Assembly: GCA_038870635.1 (NCBI GenBank) | Contig: JAVZJR010000003.1 | Coordinates: 69,204-107,242, forward strand | DNA length: 38,039 bases | Source of the DNA: Candidatus Bilamarchaeaceae archaeon | GTDB lineage: Archaea; Micrarchaeota; Micrarchaeia; Anstonellales; Bilamarchaeaceae | Direction of reading: 5' to 3' | Shown here: piece after piece, positions 1 through 7,872 of the stretch | Position numbering within the stretch: position 1 is the first letter of the stretch | Layout: each line of letters begins with the position of its first letter | Made by a program: the position numbers and the translations under genes | Notes under the pieces: model-generated | Seen by the model: the letters and a program-made list of their open reading frames with translations, nothing else | What the model was told of the DNA's origin: nothing | Databases searched by the model: none

Positions 1-218
1 AGAAGATTTGTACCTTTAACTTCTGTTTCTTCGGTTTTTTCTACACTCTTTACCTCTTCTTTTACTTCAGTTTTAATCTCTTTTTTTTCACCTAATTTTT
101 CCATGTCTTTTTTTATCTCTTCTTTGAGTCCTTCGCTGGGTATTTCTTTTTTATCTTCTTTTTTGTTTTCTGTTAGTGTTATCTCTTTTCTTTTAAGTCT
201 TCTTTCTTTTAAGCTCAT
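1..218 (-). CDS. Hypothetical Lys/Glu-rich protein, N-terminal part (runs off window start)
   Basis: Manually translated: ATG at 218 preceded by GGGTGA RBS; open frame MSLKERRLKRKEITLTENKKEDKKEIPSEG... to position 1; not in ORF track. Confidence 0.7.
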   Translation of the reverse strand, partial: MSLKERRLKRKEITLTENKKEDKKEIPSEGLKEEIKKDMEKLGEKKEIKTEVKEEVKSVEKTEETEVKGTNL

Positions 219-230
219 AAGCGTCACCCT

Positions 231-974
231 TTATTTTATTTCTTCACCAGGGAATAGTTCTTTTATTTTTGCAATGAATTTTTCAACTGTTTCAAATTCT
301 GCTACTTTTCTAGCGGTTTCAGAAACTAATTTTTGTACTTCGTCTATCTTTTTTTCTATTTCGTTTATTTTTTCTTTTACTTGAGTTACTTCTTCACTAA
401 TTTCTACTATTAATTTACCTTGTGCATGTGTACGGTAATCAAGAGCATCCACTACAGAACTTAATGCAAAATCACCCTCTCTTTCTTTTTTTACGTATCT
501 GTCCTCTGCTTCATCTTTAGTGAGGTACTCTTTTAACCTTTGATCTATTGTTTCTTTTTTAACATAGTTTTCTTCTAATTCATCGTTTAAATCATCTACT
601 AAGCCTTCTATTTCGTTATTTAAGAGTTTTTTCACTTCCTCTTCACTTATTTTTTGTGCTACCTCTTTTTTAGTAGAGTTCAATTCTCTTTTTAATTCAT
701 TTAACTCCTCTTTTGTTGAATTCGTTTTTGATATGTATTTCTCGATTAAGCCTATCCTACTATCCATCTCATCATTATTTTCTTTGATTTTTTGTTCCAG
801 TTTATCTGTTCTTTCTTTTAGATTTTTAACTTGATTGACTATGGTTGCAGTGCTCCTTTCAAAAGTCTCTAGAATAGGAACCGCACTTTTCAAAACCTCT
901 GACAACCTCTGTTGTCTTTGTTCATTCTTAACATTACCATTTGGTCCGTTTTTTAAATTTCCATTTCCTTCCAT
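231..974 (-). CDS. Coiled-coil hypothetical protein
   Basis: 247 aa, heptad-rich E/K/L/I composition, two YVKKE repeats; GAGGGAG RBS and TTTATAAA box upstream. Confidence 0.75.
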   Translation of the reverse strand: MEGNGNLKNGPNGNVKNEQRQQRLSEVLKSAVPILETFERSTATIVNQVKNLKERTDKLEQKIKENNDEMDSRIGLIEKYISKTNSTKEELNELKRELNSTKKEVAQKISEEEVKKLLNNEIEGLVDDLNDELEENYVKKETIDQRLKEYLTKDEAEDRYVKKEREGDFALSSVVDALDYRTHAQGKLIVEISEEVTQVKEKINEIEKKIDEVQKLVSETARKVAEFETVEKFIAKIKELFPGEEIK

Positions 975-1064
975 ATTTCTCCCTCAAAATATTCGTGTTT
1001 TATTCTATATTATTGTGGAAAGTATTTATAAATGTTTGCTTTTGTTTAAATGTGGTTTAATTTA

Positions 1065-2477
1065 TCAATCTGAAAAATCCATTGTTCTTAATCTACCATA
1101 TTTAAGCTCATAAACAGGCACTTGCCCAGGCGTAGGTATGTGGCCTTGTTTTATTTGATAATCTGTTCTTGCCTGAAAAGTGCCGGAATTTATTAAGACA
1201 ACACCGCGATATTGCGCATAACTGTTCTTATGTACGTGGCCGCAATGAACTACATCTGGTATTTCTTCTACAACCATGTAATCTATATTCTCAGGTACTA
1301 TTAGGTTACTGCCATAGATGGGTGAAAGGTGTCGTCTTTTCATATACTCCACCATAACTTTTTCAGGATTTTTATACGAAGTACCTGGGATATTTGCTAT
1401 AAAAGAATCTATCGATGTGCCGTGATAGATGAGATGTTTTATTCCTTCTATTATTACATATGATGGGCTACCAATTCTTGTTATATCTGATTTTATAAAT
1501 TCTTTTGGAATTGCTGGCATTGGTTCTCCTCTTCTTACCGCATCGTGATTGCCTGGGCATACTATTATGTCGATATAGTCTGGGATGGAAGCTACAAAAT
1601 CATCGAACATTTCATATTGTTTGTATATATCCTTAACAACCAACTCTTTTTCTTGTCCAGGATAAATACCTATTCCATCTACTATATCGCCTGCAACAAC
1701 AATATATTTAATTTTTGAAGCTAGTTTCTTCTCACTTTCATCTCCCTCTCCATGAAGCCATTTAACAAAGCGATCGAGCTGATTTTTAAGAAATTTATTA
1801 CTACCAAAATGAATATCTGAAATATAAGCTACAGCTAAATCATTTTCACTTGTTTTTTTTGTATTCGTTACTGGTATGTCTGGCCATTCAACTTCACTTG
1901 CTATTAGGTATGGCTCCAAAACCTTGCCTGTTATAGCAATCACGTCATCAACACAAATAGTTTCCGCCTTCTTTTTTACGTCGCCAGAAAATACAACTTT
2001 GAAAGAATCATTTAGATCCTCAACCTCAAAAAAGTAATTTCCTGCTTTTGTTTTTCTTTTTTCAGTAACCATTACTATTACTCTGACGTTTTCACCAATG
2101 CTTTTTTTTGCTTTAGAAAGACTCACTGTAGGTATATCTCTTACAGTGTGTTTTAACAACTTGCTCATTCTCTCATAACGATTTCTAAAATATTTTACGA
2201 AGTTTTCTACTTCTCCTTTTGTGCGCGATTTATCCGTGACATCATATTGGTGCAATACTCTTATGTTAGACGGATACTCTTTTGCCTCTGCTAAAAAACC
2301 ACTCGTCCTAACTTCTACTTCTTTTGGTTTTCTTTCAATTATAATTTTTTCAACATCTTCTTTTGTTATGAATGGTTTGTTCAAACTTAGCAATTTTTCT
2401 ATTATCTCTTTATTATTTTTTATTAGTTCTTCTGCCTCGATGGAGACTCTTATTCCACGTGCGGTTAATCTTTCCAT
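1065..2477 (-). CDS. polB: DNA polymerase D small subunit (DP1), calcineurin-like 3'-5' exonuclease
   Basis: OB-fold region followed by SDIHFG, AGDIVDGIGIYPGQ, PGNHD, YHG, RHLSP, GHVH and NSGTFQ motifs; ATG 2477 preferred over the track's TTG 2501, which overlaps the upstream gene. Confidence 0.95.
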   Translation of the reverse strand: MERLTARGIRVSIEAEELIKNNKEIIEKLLSLNKPFITKEDVEKIIIERKPKEVEVRTSGFLAEAKEYPSNIRVLHQYDVTDKSRTKGEVENFVKYFRNRYERMSKLLKHTVRDIPTVSLSKAKKSIGENVRVIVMVTEKRKTKAGNYFFEVEDLNDSFKVVFSGDVKKKAETICVDDVIAITGKVLEPYLIASEVEWPDIPVTNTKKTSENDLAVAYISDIHFGSNKFLKNQLDRFVKWLHGEGDESEKKLASKIKYIVVAGDIVDGIGIYPGQEKELVVKDIYKQYEMFDDFVASIPDYIDIIVCPGNHDAVRRGEPMPAIPKEFIKSDITRIGSPSYVIIEGIKHLIYHGTSIDSFIANIPGTSYKNPEKVMVEYMKRRHLSPIYGSNLIVPENIDYMVVEEIPDVVHCGHVHKNSYAQYRGVVLINSGTFQARTDYQIKQGHIPTPGQVPVYELKYGRLRTMDFSD

Positions 2478-2481
2478 ATTA

Positions 2482-2736
2482 TCATTTTTTAACTGATTCA
2501 AGTGCGCCCATTATTGCCCAAAGCTGTGTTCGAGCGTGAGGTGGCATATTTATGTCATTACTTACTGATTCTATAAGATAAATCGATGCGCTTATCTTTA
2601 CCGAGAGTTCATCATTTCCTTCTATCCTTGTTTTCGCTTCGCTTATTGCCTTCCTAATATTTTTTGGTATAGTCGTATCCTGTAACATCTCTTCCATCAT
2701 ATCATGCACCGCTTTGAGACTTTTCTCGACAGCCAT
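2482..2736 (-). CDS. UPF0147 family protein
   Basis: 84 aa, DTTIPKNIRKA and DINMPPHARTQLW...LES motifs typical of archaeal UPF0147; GGGGTGG RBS. Confidence 0.9.
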   Translation of the reverse strand: MAVEKSLKAVHDMMEEMLQDTTIPKNIRKAISEAKTRIEGNDELSVKISASIYLIESVSNDINMPPHARTQLWAIMGALESVKK

Positions 2737-2758
2737 AAAACCACCCCTATTTTTTTAA

Positions 2759-2865
2759 CGGGCCCGATGGGATTTGAACCCACGACCGTCAGCTTTCTTC
2801 TCTTTTTTGGTTTTATCCTTAAAATATAGAAGGCTGCTGCGCTATCCAGGCTGCGCCACGGGCCC
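2759..2865 (-). tRNA. tRNA-Arg(UCU) with 32-nt intron at canonical 37/38 position (intron 2795-2826)
   Basis: Acceptor GGGCCCG/CGGGCCC, D arm GCGC/GCGC, anticodon TCT at 2830-2828, T arm GTGGG-TTCAAAT-CCCAT; CTTC(32-35) pairs with intron GAAG with 3-nt bulges; no encoded CCA. Confidence 0.95.
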
Positions 2866-2932
2866 TTTTATTTTTCATTTATATTATAATTTGTTTTTAA
2901 TTTCTTTGCTTTATTTAATGATTGTGTCTTAA

Positions 2933-3622
2933 ATGCCCATAAAAGCAATATTGTTTGATTTGGATAATACACTGATAGATTTTTTAACGTTTAAAAAAGA
3001 GAGTGCTAAAGCCGCTGCGAAAGCGATGGTAGCACAAGGACTTCCAGCAAGCGAGATAGAAACTTATAGCAAAATATTCACGGTTTACGATGAAAAAGGT
3101 ATAGAATATCAAAAAACCTTTGCGGATGTTGTTAAGCAATATAATCTTGAAATAAATTTGGCAGAGAAGATACAACAGGCAGCAATAATTGCATATCTAA
3201 AAAAGAAATTTGAAATATTGCGTCCCTACCCTCTAGTAAAATTTACTCTTCAAGCACTTCGTGAGAAAGGTTTTCTTTTAGGTATTGTTACAGATGCGCC
3301 AAGGAATAAAGCATGGCAAAGACTTGTCTTAACTGGGCTTGAAAATGAGTTTGAAGTAGTAATCACAAAAAACGATACAAATGAAGAAAAGCCAGCAGTT
3401 TCTGCTTTTTTGCTTGCAGCAAAAAAATTAGGACTAACTCCCTCTTCTTGTTTGTTTGTTGGTGATAATCCAGCAAAAGATATAAAGGGGGCGAAAGAGG
3501 CAGGTATGATTACTTGTCTTGCAAAATATGGTGTTTGGAATAGAGACAGCGATGTTAAAGCAGATTACGAAATAAATCAGTTTGAGGAATTAATCAAAAT
3601 AATTGAAAAGGTGGAGTCATGA
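2933..3622 (+). CDS. HAD superfamily subfamily IA hydrolase
   Basis: Motif I DLDNTL, motif II VTD, motif III KP, motif IV GDNPAKD. Confidence 0.9.
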   Translation: MPIKAILFDLDNTLIDFLTFKKESAKAAAKAMVAQGLPASEIETYSKIFTVYDEKGIEYQKTFADVVKQYNLEINLAEKIQQAAIIAYLKKKFEILRPYPLVKFTLQALREKGFLLGIVTDAPRNKAWQRLVLTGLENEFEVVITKNDTNEEKPAVSAFLLAAKKLGLTPSSCLFVGDNPAKDIKGAKEAGMITCLAKYGVWNRDSDVKADYEINQFEELIKIIEKVES

Positions 3623-4074
3623 TAGAAGTCGCATTGGAAAAGAGCAGTTATTCACCCGGCGAAGTCATAAATGGAAAGATTATTTTAAACTTTGAAAAAA
3701 AGATAAAAACAAGAGGAATATATGGAACACTGCTTTGCCATGAGAAGAAAAAAATAGTTTCCGTAAGGGAAATGGATTACTACGATTATAATGAGGATAA
3801 AAGCCTGGGTGTCCCACGCTCATCAAACTTAAGAACAACAGTACAATATCGTGATGATATAATCTATAGAGAGGACAAGGTTATCGCACAAGAAGGAACA
3901 TACTTTAAGGAAACATTTCCTTTTAGTTTTTCACTACCAAAAAATGCCGCACCCACAAGCAAAGAGTATGGGCACGACAATAAAATAAATTTTTGGGAAT
4001 TAGAAGTAAAAGTTGACATTCCATTTGCTTTTGATAAAAGAAAAATAATAGAAGTTTTTGTAGAAGGTTTATGA
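3619..4074 (+). CDS. Arrestin-N/SpoOM-like protein
   Basis: LEKSSYSPGEVINGKI...FPFSFSLP..AAPT...WELEVKVDIPFAFD pattern; ATGA overlap with HAD gene. Confidence 0.65.
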   Translation: MIEVALEKSSYSPGEVINGKIILNFEKKIKTRGIYGTLLCHEKKKIVSVREMDYYDYNEDKSLGVPRSSNLRTTVQYRDDIIYREDKVIAQEGTYFKETFPFSFSLPKNAAPTSKEYGHDNKINFWELEVKVDIPFAFDKRKIIEVFVEGL

Positions 4075-4083
4075 GATGATGGG

Positions 4084-5430
4084 ATGGTGGAGATAACTTG
4101 CTATGGAGGTATTAATGAAATAGGAGGTAATAAGTTTTTAGTTGAGAGCAAAAAAACACGCATATTTTTAGATTTTGGCCAATCATTTACTTTGCTTGAT
4201 GAATATTTTGTTCCAGAGGCATATCTTTATCCAAGGGAACGTTTTGGGCTGCGCGACTATTTTGCTTTCGATCTTTTACCTCAACTAAAAGGCCTTTACT
4301 CAAAAGAGGCCATAGAAAGAACTTCTCTTCCATTTTCCCATCCAGAATATGATGGTGTTCTCATCAGCCATGCTCATATAGACCATATTGAGCATCTTAA
4401 ATATCTCCATCCAGAAATACCAATTTATTTAGGCGAGGCAACGAAACTTATAATCGATTCCGCACAGGTTACTTCTTTTAATGGAGTTTCTTACATAAAA
4501 CAGGATACACCTACAATTACTTTTAGGACAGGTAAAGATTTTTCTATAGGTGATTTTAACATTAAACCAATTCATGTAGATCATTCCATACCAGGTGCTT
4601 ATGGCTTTATAATAGAAACCCCTGAAGGAAATATTGTTTATAGTGGAGATTTAAGAAAACACGGTCCTCGTGCTGATATGACCGAAGATTTTTTAAAAAA
4701 AGCAGCAGAGTGTGACCCAATACTATTTATTATAGAAGGAACGCGCGTTGCAGAAAAAGAAAAAAGAAAAAATCATAGCGAGGGTTTTGTGCAACAGGAA
4801 TCTTTACGTATAGCACAAGAGAAAAAAGGACTTATTCTAGCAATGCGTTATCCAAAAGATATCGATAGATTTAGAACTTTTTACAAAGTTGCAAAAGAAA
4901 CAGGAAAAGAATTGGTCATAACACAAAAAACAGCGCATTTGTTATTGTCTTTAAAGAACGACCCAGTTGGTCTTCCTGATCCTTATAATGATAAAACAAT
5001 AAAAATCTACAAACGTGAGAAAAAAGTTTATCAACCTTGGGAAAACCAAATAACTACTAATTGTGTTGATTCAGAATATATATCTAAAAATAAAAACAAC
5101 ATCATTCTCGAACTAGAATTTTCACAGCTTCCAGAACTTATAGATATAAAACCAGATGGAGGTGCCTGTATTCATTCAATGAGCGAGCCTTTTGAGGAAG
5201 ACCCCCTCTCTCAGATTTCAGAAGAAGTTTTGAGAAGATGGGCAAAGAAATTCAATTTAGATTATTATCAACTTCATGCTTCCGGACATGCTTCCATGGG
5301 AGAAATATTTCAGTTTATAGAGCAGGTTAATCCTGAAAGAGTCTTACCTGTACATACAACAGGTGCCCATCTTTTTAAATGCGAAAACGTTCTCTTACCA
5401 CTAAAAGGACAGACTATCTCTCTCGATTGA
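4084..5430 (+). CDS. RNase J-like metallo-beta-lactamase/beta-CASP hydrolase
   Basis: GGINEIGGN, LDFG, SHAHIDH, VDHSIPGA, SGDLRKHG, EGT and HASGH motifs. Confidence 0.85.
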   Translation: MVEITCYGGINEIGGNKFLVESKKTRIFLDFGQSFTLLDEYFVPEAYLYPRERFGLRDYFAFDLLPQLKGLYSKEAIERTSLPFSHPEYDGVLISHAHIDHIEHLKYLHPEIPIYLGEATKLIIDSAQVTSFNGVSYIKQDTPTITFRTGKDFSIGDFNIKPIHVDHSIPGAYGFIIETPEGNIVYSGDLRKHGPRADMTEDFLKKAAECDPILFIIEGTRVAEKEKRKNHSEGFVQQESLRIAQEKKGLILAMRYPKDIDRFRTFYKVAKETGKELVITQKTAHLLLSLKNDPVGLPDPYNDKTIKIYKREKKVYQPWENQITTNCVDSEYISKNKNNIILELEFSQLPELIDIKPDGGACIHSMSEPFEEDPLSQISEEVLRRWAKKFNLDYYQLHASGHASMGEIFQFIEQVNPERVLPVHTTGAHLFKCENVLLPLKGQTISLD

Positions 5431-5436
5431 AGAAGC

Positions 5437-5498
5437 GGTAACTCAACAGCTACTCTTGTCATCACATCTCAGACTGGGACGGTAATTTCATCGTTACC
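5437..5498 (-). ncRNA. C/D box 2'-O-methylation guide sRNA, predicted 23S rRNA targets Gm2251 and Um2438 (E. coli numbering)
   Basis: Minus strand: C box ACGATGA (5494-5488), guide AATTACCGTCCCAGT, D' CTGA (5472-5469), C' GTGATGA (5465-5459), guide CAAGAGTAGCTG, D TTGA (5446-5443), terminal stem GGTAAC/GTTACC. Confidence 0.85.
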
Positions 5499-5560
5499 AA
5501 TTTTATTATGCATAATTTAAAATTAAAACTTATGTTTTTGACGAAATCTGCGAAGAGTAG

Positions 5561-5575
5561 GAGAAGCTTTATATA
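5561..5575 (+). promoter_or_regulatory. BRE/TATA promoter of the small Zn-ribbon gene
   Basis: GAGAAGC followed by TTTATATA (5568-5575), 37 nt before ATG 5612; GGGTG RBS at 5602-5606. Confidence 0.55.
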
Positions 5576-5611
5576 TTTTTTTTAAGAAAAACAAACGGAA
5601 AGGGTGTGTTG

Positions 5612-5734
5612 ATGGAGCTCACTGAGCAAGAAAAAATAAAAAATGGAATCTGTCCTTCCTGTGGTGCTAATCTTGTTTTTCAAGAAGGTTGTATGACTTG
5701 TATGCAGTGCGGTTGGGGCGCTTGCGACGGTTAA
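5612..5734 (+). CDS. 40-aa stand-alone Cys-rich zinc ribbon resembling the class II ribonucleotide reductase (NrdJ) C-terminal tail
   Basis: MELTEQEKIKNGICPSCGANLVFQEGCMTCMQCGWGACDG*; RBS and TATA upstream; in-frame stop at 5558-5560; not in ORF track. Confidence 0.85.
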   Translation: MELTEQEKIKNGICPSCGANLVFQEGCMTCMQCGWGACDG

Positions 5735-6390
5735 TTTTTTACCTCTTGTTGTTTTTCTTTTTGTTCTTCCACTTTTAGCGTTTCTGTTTTTGGTATATTT
5801 GTTTCCGTTATTACTTTCACTACCTCCTCTTCTGACAAGAAAATGTAGTTTGCATTTTTTAATTTTTTATAAAATTTGTATTGATTCTCTAAAGAAGGAG
5901 GAGTTTCAAAGAAATTTCCTATCCCTTCGAACATACCATACCAGCCAGCTGGTACTAATAGTATCTCTACCAATCTTATGAAATAATTTGTACCATCGTA
6001 AAAGGTGCTCAAGTACATCTGAGTGGCGAGTAGCGTAAAACCAACAGCAATGTATACCAATCCCTTCTTTCTCTTTTTTTGTAATTCATACTCTGTGTTT
6101 TTCAATAATTGTGCAAAATAATCCTTTATTCTTTTTTTTATGAGTGCTTCTGTTTTTGGATTTCTTTGGGCATTTGGGATAGTAAATCTAACTTCGAATT
6201 CTCCTTTTTGCCTTTCGCTGTATTTTTTTTGAACTTCTTTTAAAAAATCATCTGAGAGTATTCTTGTTGAATACGGCGAAGGGTCAAAATCTGAAAATAT
6301 ATCGTCATAAGTGTCTAATGCTATGTTGACAAGATTAAGAAAGGTTGCTGGCTTTTTTTCGTCCTCTGCCACCATTTTTTCTATTTCCAT
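5731..6390 (-). CDS. Hypothetical membrane protein (2 TM)
   Basis: 219 aa; acidic LDTYDDIFSDFDP motif, two hydrophobic helices near residues 110-160. Confidence 0.8.
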   Translation of the reverse strand: MEIEKMVAEDEKKPATFLNLVNIALDTYDDIFSDFDPSPYSTRILSDDFLKEVQKKYSERQKGEFEVRFTIPNAQRNPKTEALIKKRIKDYFAQLLKNTEYELQKKRKKGLVYIAVGFTLLATQMYLSTFYDGTNYFIRLVEILLVPAGWYGMFEGIGNFFETPPSLENQYKFYKKLKNANYIFLSEEEVVKVITETNIPKTETLKVEEQKEKQQEVKN

Positions 6391-6417
6391 AAAAAAAATT
6401 GAAACAAAATATTTATA

Positions 6418-7653
6418 TTAAGACCTTATTGGATCTTGACCATCAACACATATGCAATTTTTGCCTGATTTTTTTCCTCTATAAAGTTGGTCGTCTGCTG
6501 CTTTTATCAATCGTTCTATTATCTCGTCATCGATTTTTTCTATATCCCCAACCACTTTTTTTAAGCTTGAAACTCCAAAGGTGCAGCTAACTTTTAGGAT
6601 GCCTCCTATTCCTAAGTCTATTGCAATGTTGTTTATTAAATCTCTGAATCTTTTTGCGCACTGCACTGCACCGTCAAGATTGGTCATAACTAAATGTAAA
6701 AACTCTTCGCCACCCCATCTTGCTAAGAAATCGGGGTAGACATTTCCTCTTTCCTTATCATCTCTTTTTTTTCTCGTACTCTCAAATATCCGTCTACTTA
6801 TTGTTTCTAATACTAAATCCCCTGTAAGATGACCGTAAGTGTCGTTTATTTGCTTAAAATTATCTATGTCAAACATTATCAGGGCGAAATCATCTATTTT
6901 TTTGCTATTGTATAGACTTATAGTTGCTTTTAGTTGTTCATCTATAGCTATTCTCGTTGGTAAGTTAGTTAATGGGTCAAAATTTTCTACTATCCTTGAA
7001 ACACCGCTTGAGAGCGTAGATATGAGGAGCATTGTTTCCCTTATAGCTTCCTCGCCGGAAAGATTGGAACCACGTATAGTGAGATCATTGCCAGTTATGG
7101 TCCAAACACCAAGCTTTCTTGGTTCTGTATAGAAATTTTTAGTATATATTGGTGATATTATTTTTTGATTTTTTATATCGACAGGCAAATCAATATTTTT
7201 TTCAGCTTCGTAATCACCTATTTTTGTGTTGTATATTTTCATCTTTTTTTTATCTATAAATATAAACGCCATTTCATTATCAATAGCCGCAACTTGGGGT
7301 ACGATGAGTGCTTTTTGTTTTAAATCGATAGTTTCATAAATTCTTAGGTCATAATCGCGTTCTTCCGCTACTTTTTCACATTCATTTAAGTTTTGCTTTA
7401 CTGTTATAAAATGAATTAATTTATTTTTTATATAAAAATGCAAAGAAGAACTTTGGGGCTCCTTAAGATGAGAAAGTACCAATTCTAAATAACATTCAAA
7501 ATCTTTGAAGTTTGTATTTTGGGCTCGACAAAGAGAATATATTGTCATTGCATATGCCGGTGATACGAGCACTTCTTCCACTAGAGGCGTATTATTTTTT
7601 TCTTTTTGTGGGATGTTTTTAAGTGGCCCACCATTATTTTTTAAGTTATGCAT
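6418..7653 (-). CDS. GGDEF-domain diguanylate cyclase with N-terminal GAF-like region
   Basis: DPLTNLP, FDIDNFKQINDTYGHLTGD, ARWGGEEF, SCTFGVS and ADDQLYRGKKSGKN motifs. Confidence 0.92.
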   Translation of the reverse strand: MHNLKNNGGPLKNIPQKEKNNTPLVEEVLVSPAYAMTIYSLCRAQNTNFKDFECYLELVLSHLKEPQSSSLHFYIKNKLIHFITVKQNLNECEKVAEERDYDLRIYETIDLKQKALIVPQVAAIDNEMAFIFIDKKKMKIYNTKIGDYEAEKNIDLPVDIKNQKIISPIYTKNFYTEPRKLGVWTITGNDLTIRGSNLSGEEAIRETMLLISTLSSGVSRIVENFDPLTNLPTRIAIDEQLKATISLYNSKKIDDFALIMFDIDNFKQINDTYGHLTGDLVLETISRRIFESTRKKRDDKERGNVYPDFLARWGGEEFLHLVMTNLDGAVQCAKRFRDLINNIAIDLGIGGILKVSCTFGVSSLKKVVGDIEKIDDEIIERLIKAADDQLYRGKKSGKNCICVDGQDPIRS

Positions 7654-7706
7654 AATTTTATATAAATTGAAACAATTTAAAAAACTTCTTGAGGTTTAGA
7701 AATAGA

Positions 7707-7815
7707 CGCCTCGGCCGGGAATTTCGCCAAAACAAATTTGGTTTCGAACCCGGGTCGCGAGAGTGACAGTCTCGTATGCTAGACCATTGTGCGTTTTTCT
7801 CTACACTACCGAGGC
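7707..7815 (-). tRNA. tRNA-Asp(GUC) with two non-canonical introns: 14 nt at 15/16 (7787-7800) and 22 nt at 59/60 (7721-7742)
   Basis: Acceptor GCCTCGG/CCGAGGC, anticodon arm CGAGA-CTGTCAC-TCTCG; removing both inserts restores D loop AGTGGTCTA and T loop TTCGAAT; both junctions form BHB-type motifs. Confidence 0.92.
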
Positions 7816-7840
7816 AGTATTTATTACCATTATTAATTGG

Positions 7841-7856
7841 TTTTTTAATCTTTTCG
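7841..7856 (-). promoter_or_regulatory. BRE/TATA promoter of tRNA-Asp
   Basis: Minus strand CGAAAAG-ATTAAAAAA ending 26 nt upstream of the tRNA 5' end. Confidence 0.55.
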
Positions 7857-7872
7857 TGCGTGGTTTAAATCT

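Noticed and set aside
4084..5430. MBL hydrolase near the GGDEF gene as a cognate c-di-GMP phosphodiesterase
   Set aside because: Motifs fit an RNase J-like beta-CASP enzyme, on the opposite strand in a different operon; no evidence of linkage
5450..5560. Inverted repeat CTACTCTT...AAGAGTAG enclosing several hairpins; considered as a riboswitch (FMN, cobalamin, c-di-GMP)
   Set aside because: No conserved riboswitch core; the inner hairpins are AT-rich promoter sequence, and the GC-richer part is fully explained by the C/D sRNA
231..7653. Similar N-termini NLKNGP (231-974 gene) and NLKNNGGP (GGDEF gene)
   Set aside because: Too short and low-complexity to support a shared targeting motif
2759..7815. 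Possible integrated island between the two tRNA genes carrying the GGDEF gene
   Set aside because: No integrase or transposase, and I saw no duplicated tRNA 3' end (att site); the intervening genes look like ordinary archaeal genes
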